Assembly: GCA_023515725.1 (NCBI GenBank)
Contig: JALDTO010000235.1
Location: forward strand, 356,371 to 420,370
Length of the DNA: 64,000 nucleotides
Origin: Amoeboaphelidium protococcarum X5
Lineage: Eukaryota > Fungi > Aphelidiomycota
Reading direction: 5' to 3'
Position numbers and translations under genes: made by a program. This document shows, piece by piece, positions 54,526-64,000 of this stretch. Each line of letters starts with the position of its first letter. Positions within the stretch are counted from its first letter, which is position 1. The notes below the pieces were generated by a model. That model was given only the letters and a program-made list of their open reading frames with translations, was not told the origin of the DNA and did no database searches.

Positions 54526-56370
54526 ATGAGATTCCATGTCAAAGGATTGCCAGCGAATATCAGCGATGAGGATATAAAGAGTAAATTTAAATCTTTTGGC
54601 ACCGTGACAGATGTGGATTTGCACTGCCTCCAGGATAGAGGATTCGCGTATGTTGAGATTGACTTTGCTAATACAGAGCAAGATATGAAGCGGTTCATGA
54701 AGTTGTGGAATAATAATGTCAAATGGGCAGGTAACTTGATTTAGGTGGAGCCAGCGAAATGTCATCATTTGCAGAGGCTTTAGTAAGAGCGGGAAGCTGC
54801 TGAATCTGATCAGGATCCTCTTGGACCAAGGAAGCGAGTTTGGCACATGGCTGTGGAGAGCTTTGATATTCCCAACGATGATCTCTCACAGTAAAAGTAT
54901 TGGAAGAAGCTTAAAGATGGCCGTGTGGTGCGTAGTTATAGAATGAGAGTTGGCCCAAAGATTAAGATTATAGACTTTACCGGTGGTAAACACTCAAAGT
55001 AACACTTGTACTTTGATGATTCTCAAGACTATATTGAATAAGATCATATTGTAAAGTCTAATAATACTGATGCGCCTGAGAAGTCTGCTAACACATATAG
55101 TGTAACGTAGAGTAAAGTTGATGGGAATTCAAAGAGTACTAATAGGGCAATACCTCCTTAGAAATAGGTGGACATATCGTATGATGTTGTCATAGATTGT
55201 AGCGGTCAGTCGATAATTGATTAGATCAACAATCTTGAAAATGGATCGTCTGATAATATGCAGGTAGATAGTGATTTAGAGGATGGATCTTTGACAGATA
55301 ACGCGTAATTACATGAACAGGATATTATAGAAATGGTGCTCAATGCTGATCAGATTTAGTTAGAGGAACCTTTTAAGAGAAAGATTGATTTATATGCTTT
55401 AGCTTAGAAGAGTCCACTTAACTTGCTGAAAGCTGAGGCTGAAGTAGTTGAAGTTAGTCAAGAGACGCGATAATAAATGGACCAGGATAAGGATATGATG
55501 AAGAATATTTTGGCTAGCATGATAGCTGACAATTCTGGGGATTTTGTGGAGGATTAATAATAATAATAATAATAGAATATGTATGAAGAAGATGCCGCGC
55601 GTAATAGGATTATTATCAGACCAGTGTCTAGATTTGATCCTGATTAGTTCATCTCTCCACGTGGACTATCTTCTACAAATGCTGCTGCCACAGACGAACA
55701 GAAGAGCAATGTCTAATAGAAAAGCTTCAATGGAATTGATCCTTTATGCAGTACTTAATAAGAGAAAGAGTCATCTCAATAAGACCTTGTAATTGATGAA
55801 CAAAATAATGCTGAAGAGCCTCTGATAGATAATAATAGTTCTGCGGCAGTAAAAGAGCCAGTTATTATAAGGGGCGGAACTTATGAAGTTGATCTAGCAT
55901 CTATGCAGAGTTTATTTCAGCGTGGTAAAGTTTCCACGTCACAACAGCCTCAAGAGTCCTTTATGCTATTTGAAGATACTACTCCGGTGTGTAATGGTAC
56001 AGCAGATGGCGATTAAGTGGCAGACGATGATTTAGATTTGTCTTTGAATTTGGCTGGATCTTCTCAAAGTTTCGATTTAAGTAAATTGATTAACAATGTC
56101 AGAGATGATAACAATCTAGCTGCAGCGTAAGAACAGGCTCTCTAGCGTGCTCGTGAACCCGAAGCATAAAAGACATTGAACGTCATGGACATTATGGAAT
56201 AAATGGCGACGGAAATGTCTTGCGAAAAGTTGTCTCGAGAGCAAGTTACTTTTGAATGGCTCAAGTGTAGAAAGTACTTTAAAAAAGACTTTAAGCTGTA
56301 AAAGAAGCGCGCAACTAAAGATAGGTAGAGGTAATACGCGAATTCAAGTGCAGATGTTGAAGATGATTGA
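54526..56370 (+). CDS. N-terminal RRM protein, NOL8/Nop8-like nucleolar factor
   Basis: 615 codons. RRM (FHVKGL, RGFAYV, WAGNLIQVEPAK), acidic low-complexity middle and basic C-terminal helix. Confidence 0.72.
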
Positions 56371-57609
56371 TTAATAGAAATCCGATACCAATATAATCAC
56401 AATATAAAATAGATACAGTATATACTTGAATTTCATTTCATCAATTTTATTACTAACAACGCGTCATTTTGTTTAACTTGACCGCCTCTCAATTTGAAAT
56501 TAACCTTTCGCCAGGAGGAGCCTCTCAAGGATCAGGGATATAGCTCTGGGAACGGTTATTAAAATATGAGAATCAGCACAACTCGAGATAGCATTGAAGA
56601 CATCTTGAGCAGGTAAATGAAGTTTATACGTTCGCTCACCCAACTTCCATCGTTCAACTATCGCAATGTATTATTACAGTTCATCCGGAGCTACTGATAT
56701 AGTCTTTGCCTCCAACATTTATACAATTTATTGTAAACTCTATTGCGACCGATCAGCAGAAGGCAACATTAGACGCTGTGGTTTCTACCGTTAAAGCATA
56801 TAATGAGCAATACTTCGCGATTACGGCAAAAAGTCCAGACCTTGAGCTTTCAACTTCCTTTCAACTATAATTGATGTGGAGTTATCAAGCATTTAAAGAG
56901 TGGAAGGCACCTTGTACCGCTCAGAGTGATTTTTCGGTTTAATAGGAAATACTTCCAACGATCGCGATTTGCCGGCCTATTAATGCTACTGATAGTAATC
57001 TGCGACTGCCAACTCTGACAAGTATGGAATGCCAAGGACTAGCATTGGACTTATATTAGGCGTATTGACGCGCATCGACTCAATCTTGTCAGCTTTTTAG
57101 AGACATAGCCTCTTAACAGATTGCTAATCAAATAACCTTCCATCTTTTAGAAGCTCTTGATACACGCTATTTCATGACTCTTTATAGTCTGTATTCTATT
57201 AATCGGTAGCATATGGAGCAAATATAAATTTTTGATTGCTGTCACTAGATAAGAGCTCTAACGCGCACAATTGATGATGCATTGAATATGGACTAGCGGC
57301 GAGAGTTCCCAGGATGCTGATCTTGGAATTATACTCTTTGTTGATAAAGGTATTATTCACGCACCTCTTGTACCATAATTCTTCAATAGCATCTATGCGC
57401 GGATTCACTTTAATCATTCTAATCTTCTTTAACATGGTCACTGCTGCGTTTTGTATTGCTAATTATCTTTGCCTTGATCTTTACTTTAACAATCTCGATT
57501 ACAAAAAAAAGTGATAGAGTTTAAAGATTTTAAAGAATGCAAAAATTCATATTACATTAATCACTCAAGTTAACAGGCTACTGCTTATAAAAATTCCATA
57601 ATTAAAGAT

Positions 57610-60471
57610 TCACGCAACTGATATTACAGCCTGCAAAGTAATGACATCACCTATAAATCTTAGCGGAGGTTCATCGACATTTAAACCATTATCAGTGGAG
57701 GTATCAATGCCAGACATTGCGACACGAGACACTGACGTTACTTTTACATTCTTACCGCGATATAGCAAGTCAGTATAACGCTTGGCAATGTCTCTTTCAT
57801 CACAAATGTCAATATGTACCTACTGCACTCTCAGCAGAAGAGTCAATTAACTTTACTTGAGTGATTTTAATTCACTGTTCAGCAAACGAACTCCACAGTC
57901 ACTATTCACCAGCTACTGCTCTTGTTGATTCATCCAGTTAACTTTATCACTGGCAGGTAAACTCACATTGTGAAATACAATCAGATCACTATTAACAAGC
58001 GTATCCTTCACAGATAGCATCTGGGATGTTAGATCATCGCGATCAGTATCGCTATCATCAAGAGTAAACATGATATACAGAGTTGGATCCACCTGAGTAA
58101 TGTCATCCAGAGGTTCATCAACGCCTCTGGCATCATCCTGAGACGTACGGCGGTGTAGTAAGATTTCAACCGCATTGCTTTCAGTGTGTCCAATAGCCAT
58201 TGATCTGTCATTGAAGATAAATGATCTCAATGATTTCTTTCCATCAGATTGTTGACACTTGAAAGTTGACGCGCCAACAAACGGCACCATGTTAGCCTCC
58301 AAATGATGCACATCCAACTTACGATCCACCAAGATAGATCCTTAATCCAAAGTTTACAAAGAGCAACTAGAGCTATCACTTATCTTGATGCGAGACACCA
58401 ATTCTTGATCCTAATTAAGCGGTCCCACCAAGTTCTTCACCTCCAACATTTAAGCCTTGGCTTCATTAGCACCACTGTACAATGTCAGTATCTAAGAAGC
58501 TGAATTAGAGTACTTTATCTTCAACTACTGGAACAGAGGTCCTTTTCTGATATACACTGAGGTGTACTGATTAAACAGCTATCGAGACTACCCAATTACT
58601 CTACTAATGTACGCGCCTGCCTTTTATCCTTCACCGTGATAGCTTTCATAACTATGGAGAAAGAGTTCGACTTCAAATTGACGTCTGGCGGATAAATCAT
58701 CAACTTTCAGAGTCAATCTTTAGTCTTGTATCACCACCTGGACCTTCAAGTATTCATTCTCAATAATGACATTGTTGGAACTAAAAGCAATCTTCTTCCA
58801 AAAAGGACTATGATTACTAGGTGGCTGTAGCAGATCACGACCACCACAGTCCAGATAGTACTATTGAATACTAAATGGGGCAACCTGTGCATGAAAAGCA
58901 ACCAGTCCATCTCCCAGCTCTTAAACAGTCACTTCATTCTTAGTTCCATCTTTCACATGGGCCTTGGGGCAATGCTGAATCCCAACTACAGCAATAGCCG
59001 AACTAGCAATTTCAGATGGATTAAAAACAACCAGTGGGACTTCGGTGTCTTTCGCGCTTTAACTACCCTCTTCAAATAAAGTCTTCTTAATGTTTTGAGC
59101 AAGTAGTTGCCAATTCTGAACAAGAGCAGTAATGTACGACTATGAAACAAAGTCTTTGGCAGTTCCAGTGATACCATCATGGTGCTGAACCTCAGCAATA
59201 GATTATCTGAACTGCAATAGAGCCTTCTTATTCAGATCATGTCCACGAAGGAGTCCTTATAGCTGTAGGATTTGAGCAGATTTATATCTAAGCTCAGACT
59301 CTTAAACTGATCGTTTCAATGCAGGCTTTGAGGTGAAGTAACCGCTCCAGTAAGACAACTCATTATCAGCGTATGGGAAAAAGTCACCTTTATAGCGCGT
59401 ATAAGTAAGCTATTCAGCCGCAACAGCCTCAAAGTATTCACGCAATATACTCCATTTAAGCTAGATATCTTGATAATTGTCATTTATAAACGTGATAAGC
59501 TTATCCCAATTCTCAAACTGAACCTTGGCATTCAGGAACTCAAAATCATCACCAACCAATTGTAAAAAGTTTCGTCTGGAAGGATAATATAGAGATCTTT
59601 GGCGAAGGTGTCTCACAAGCTAATCAGCTTTATGACGCAGCGTATCTTCATCTTCAATGGGCGGAGAATCTCGTTCGAAATCGAATCCCTGAGGTGAATT
59701 ATAATGGCTGTCCAAATTGTGAGTTAGAACCTCAACTTGACGCGTCCCAACAGGTGCCCATAAGAATTCCAACTAACCACTCTCTTTCAACTATTCTCTG
59801 ACCCCAACATGGATGCGATTTGTTATCAAAGCTTTCAGACCAAGACGCTGTGTCACAACAGGAGTAAAAGCCGAATGTCCAAAAGGATCGATCTGAAACG
59901 CCACTAATGGTCGTACTTACTCATACATGTCAGGAAACATCCGATATATCTTCTACTAACCCAGCACCATCTGATCAATGACAGCATTGCCTGTAGTACA
60001 TCCTTCATCGTGCATCACCCAACCACCATTTACGAATTCAAGGATCTCTTCTCTCAGAAACCGTTTCACCTAATCTTGTTTCTCGCGCGAAACCTCTTTG
60101 AACCAACGCTGAAAGAACGCCTGCTCCACAATGATGAACTTTCTTATTGGGTGGGCCCTCTTGCTGGGCTGCTCATCCATGTCTGAGTTAGATTCATACG
60201 ATTCAATCAGGCAATCCAGAACATTATCATATATATGCTTCACGCGTTCTTCATAATACTAATCTTTAGTTCTCAGCCAACCGACATCTTGATGACTGTG
60301 AGCAACCAAATGAACAGTCAGCACTTCTGTATCAGGGCGATGGAATGCATATTCATACTCAGCCTACTGCACTTTAAACAATGGAGGAATATAATTGCAT
60401 AAAACATGTTACCACACATCTAAAGCTAATAAGACAACAACTCTCCACCGCAGATGGTAAGAACTCATCAT
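57610..60471 (-). CDS. Glycoside hydrolase family 38 alpha-mannosidase (lysosomal/Golgi type)
   Basis: 954 codons. HSHQDVGWL, NGGWVMHDE, QIDPFGHS, YWSGYFTSKP, QHHDGITGT and LHRR. Confidence 0.95.
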
Positions 60472-60592
60472 GAAAGGCTTTCGACAAAAGAATGCGGTGA
60501 AACGAAAGTTTAAAACACTAATGGGAAAACGAAAGGTAGGTGAAACTTATGGCAAAAGTAATTCTATCTACTGTATTACAACTCAATCACAT

Positions 60593-61240
60593 TCATTGCG
60601 ATGACTAGGGAATGTTGACGTCAATGTCGGTGATGCGAAGAGTCGTCAAATGATCGCGATAACTTCGCTTTCGCCATTTCCTATCTCCGGGACCTTGGCC
60701 GACTCTACGCCTATATGTAATGTATTTAGCTGACAGAGTGTGCTCCAATACCATAGCTTTAACAATACAATTCTCAGATGGCACCAGAGGTTAGCCTTTC
60801 AGAAAATAATCTCGCGTGCCAATCTCACGGATACGCGTAAGTAGTAACTCGTCACCAACCTTGGTGTGCTTGAGACGTTTAGTGATGACGATATCATTCT
60901 TGAGTACGGAGAATGGCTTCTAATTAATTTCCACCGTGGCATACATGGCCGATTGCGCTTATGTACTAACAGGAGAGGTAATGAGACTGTAAGCTTGTTA
61001 TTTAATTTTGAGAAGAGCTTCAAGTGTAGACTCTGACAATTTAGATTACGAGGCTGATTATAAATGATCTTGCTCTTTTATCACAATATTATTGGGTCTT
61101 TAATTACTATTTCGCGTCTTATAGATTTTAGATAGACTCTCAGCATCAGCCTAGCTAAGTGCTGGCTTCCATACTTTCTACGGATACTCTGGTGACCTAT
61201 ATAGCCTTTTAGATAGAATCTATCGAACAGCGGTTTGCAT
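60593..61240 (-). CDS. Mitochondrial ribosomal protein bL21m
   Basis: 216 codons. MYATVEINQKPFSVLKNDIV, VGDELLLTRIREIGTRDYFLKGQP, KAMVLEHT and TTLRITDI. Confidence 0.88.
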
Positions 61241-61735
61241 TTTATTATACGTATACTTCTCTTATTGTTAAGACTCTACGTGATGCAATATCCAATTTAA
61301 TTTTCAGCCGTGGCACAACAATTGTGGGAGCACTGGGATGACGCGTGTGACTAAGGTTAAGGCGAAATCTGTATTGATCGCTAATCTTTGTTGAACAAGC
61401 AGAAAAATTATATGCGCGCGTTTGTTGCAGTGCATGAAGTCGATGAGAGAGAGCGACGAGAGGGAGAAAAGAAAGAGAGCAGCTTTAACATCAACAGCCG
61501 CGAACGACGTGACGGAGAAACTTCAACGACCGCCCTTCCTTCACTGGAAAGAAATGAGAGAGAGAGAGATCACCGAACAAGGCAAAGTCAATCGCTCTTC
61601 GCAAAAACTTTCCGCCTTCGCACATTCCTCTTCAGAACGCTATTCTTTCACTCATCACCTTCTTTCTTCCTACTTACTATTACATAGAGAGATCAATTAC
61701 AACTTTATCTTTTAACGTATCACTTAATATACAGA

Positions 61736-63494
61736 ATGTTAAAGATTGGTAGACCATTGGCAAGACTGACTGCAGTCTCTTAGAACGTAAGATCCCGTTA
61801 TGAAGACTATTTATTTATCAACTTCTCGTCTACCTTGAAATGTGTGTGTAGAACTCTGCTATCGTCATGAAGCGCAACTTGGGAAGCACTTCCGTGGTTA
61901 TGGCCAAGGCTGGTGCAAGTGAAGTTACCTCTATTTTGGAGGAGCGTATCTTGGGCGCAAACAAGAACGTTGATCTGCAAGAGACTGGTCGCGTTCTGTC
62001 CATCGGTGACGGTATCGCTCGTGTGTACGGTCTACGTAATGTCCAAGCAGAGGAGATGGTGGAATTCTCCAGCGGTGTGCAGGTAAGAATTTGTACGGCA
62101 TTGCTTTAAACATTTTCATTATCGCTATAAACTTGTAGGGTATGGCTTTGAATTTGGAAGCTGACAATGTCGGTATTGTCGTCTTTGGTAACGATCGTCA
62201 GATCAAGGAAGGTGACACTGTGAAGCGTACTGGTAACATTGTGGACGTTCCATAAGGTGAGGGTCTGCTCGGACGTGTTGTTGATGCTCTTGGTAATCCT
62301 ATCGATGGTAAGGGTCCTATCCAGAATGTGAAGCGTGCGCGTGTGCAAGTCAAGGCTCCTGGAATTATCCCTCGTCAGTCTGTGAACGAGCCTATGCAGA
62401 CCGGTATCAAGTGTATCGACTCCATGGTGCCTATTGGTCGTGGTCAGCGTGAGTTGATTATTGGTGATCGTCAGACCGGTAAGACTGCTGTTGCTCTGGA
62501 TACCATCATCAACCAGAAGAGATGGAACGATGGTAATGATGAGAGCAGAAAGCTGTACTGTGTCTACGTCGCTGTCGGTCAGAAGAGATCCACCGTGGCT
62601 CAGTTTGTGCAGACTCTGGAGCAGTACGATGCTCTGAAGTATTCTATTGTCGTGGCTGCTACTGCTAGTGAGGCTGCTCCATTGCAGTTCTTGGCTCCTT
62701 ACTCTGGATGTACCATGGGTGAGCACTTCCGTGATAATGGTAAGCATGCACTGATCATCTATGATGACTTGTCCAAGCAGGCCGTGGCTTATCGTCAAAT
62801 GTCTCTGCTGCTGCGTCGTCCACCAGGTAGAGAAGCTTATCCTGGTGATGTTTTCTACTTGCACAGTCGTCTGTTGGAGCGTGCTGCCAAGATGAACGTC
62901 AAGTTTGGTGGTGGTAGTCTGACTGCTCTGCCTATCATTGAGACTCAGGGTGGTGACGTGTCTGCTTACATTCCTACCAACGTGATTAGTATCACTGATG
63001 GTCAAATTTTCTTGGAAGCTGAGCTGTTCTTTAAGGGTGTGCGTCCGGCTATTAACGTTGGTCTTTCCGTGTCCCGTGTCGGTTCTGCTGCCCAGATTAA
63101 GGCTATGAAGTAGGTTGCCGGTTCGCTGAAGCTTTTCTTGGCTCAGTATCGTGAAGTTGCTGCATTCGCACAGTTTGGTTCTGATCTGGATGCTTCCACT
63201 TAGTTCACTTTGAACCGTGGTGCTCGTCTGACTGAGCTCTTGAAGCAGAAGCAGTACAGTCCACTGCCTGTTGAGGAGTAGGTGGTCATCATCTATGCTG
63301 GTGTCAATGGTTTCTTGGATAAGCTGCCAGTGAACAAGGTTGGCGAGTTCGAGAAGGCTATCATTCCATTTGTGAAGAGCCAGTACCCAGAGTTGATTGA
63401 CGGTATCAAGAAGGATGGTAAGATTAGCGATGACATGAACAAGAAGTTGAAGGACACCATCATGCCAAACTTTCTCAAGACTTTTGCTGCTTGA
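61736..63494 (+). CDS. ATP1: Nuclear-encoded mitochondrial F1 ATP synthase subunit alpha (introns 61787-61851 and 62083-62138)
   Basis: [40 protein letters not shown]; presequence exon; 546 codons after splicing. Confidence 0.98.
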
Positions 63495-63631
63495 GCAGAT
63501 TGAGTGACATGTTGGTTGGATGAGAATGTCATTATTTGGTATATCATCCCACCATGGAACAATTTGAGCTAATGAAAGAATAAAGCAACGATTGAAACTT
63601 GACATTTTACATCATTCTATTTAAAGTCACT

Positions 63632-64000
63632 TCAATTTTTGTTAAATCGCTTCTTGGCCGCAGGTCGGATGTTGTTCTGTTCAGATGTCATCAACTTGGA
63701 CGTTCTCTGAGATGCGGGGATGGTAATACCATCTGCAGTAGAAGATTCATGATTCTAGAGATCCTGAACTGCTTCTAATTACTTTATAGTAGGGCCATTA
63801 TCGGACAATTACTCAGTGTCAGCAAACAGCTACACTAAAAGATGATCTATGGCGGTATAAATTACAGCCTTATTAAGTTACTTATGAGACGTTGCCTAAA
63901 CCAGAGTTGAGATTGCTCCATCGACAACTTCCGCGCCTAATGTATCGACCAAATGAATCTTATCCAACAGTCTCCTAAGTGCCTTCTGAGCTTAATTCAA
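63632..64000 (-). CDS. 3' end of a gene, possibly with a sorting-nexin C-terminal (Nexin_C, Mdm1/SNX13-like) domain
   Basis: Open table-6 frame with QLNKAVIYTAIDHLLVQLF, ending TGA. Confidence 0.5.

Noticed and set aside
56464-57441. Possible minus-strand gene between the RRM and GH38 genes
   Set aside because: Every frame is broken by TGA (for example at about 57172) and no convincing introns or domain were found. With one stop codon, long frames arise by chance. It may be a pseudogene or spliced gene; unresolved.
62106-63605. 499-aa antisense ORF in the provided track
   Set aside because: It is the exact antisense shadow of ATP1, explained by biased codon usage, and has no protein-like features.

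Overview
This is a gene-dense eukaryotic nuclear segment from a fungus-like opisthokont. It is read with a non-standard code: TAA and TAG encode Gln and TGA is the only stop (translation table 6). This explains why the standard-code ORF track is fragmented. Re-read with table 6, the window holds about 34 mostly intact genes with occasional short (56-78 nt) GT-AG introns. They include SLA1, a DUF1764 protein, a PP2C-like phosphatase, DJ-1, an SDR, RPL9, KAE1, a Sel1-repeat protein, an RMD1/RMND1-family protein, complex I ESSS/NDUFB11, a HutD-AstE/AspA fusion, AMP deaminase, an ARE-type sterol acyltransferase, PIG-X, STE11, DNAJC7, a C2H2 factor, a three-module VPS10, a MEF2-type MADS factor, a PD-(D/E)xK-like protein, VPS20, an ElaA-like GNAT, an RRM protein, a GH38 mannosidase, bL21m and ATP1. 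Fungal gene content combined with TAR=Gln points to an aphelid such as Amoeboaphelidium protococcarum (inference). Non-protein-coding and mobile features are a U16/snR87-type C/D snoRNA, a 549-bp hAT-type MITE with an 8-bp TSD, and a roughly 4-kb element with an intact, code-adapted 1187-aa DDE transposase, a candidate 9-bp TSD and only degenerate termini. All gene models were translated by eye and no database searches were run.
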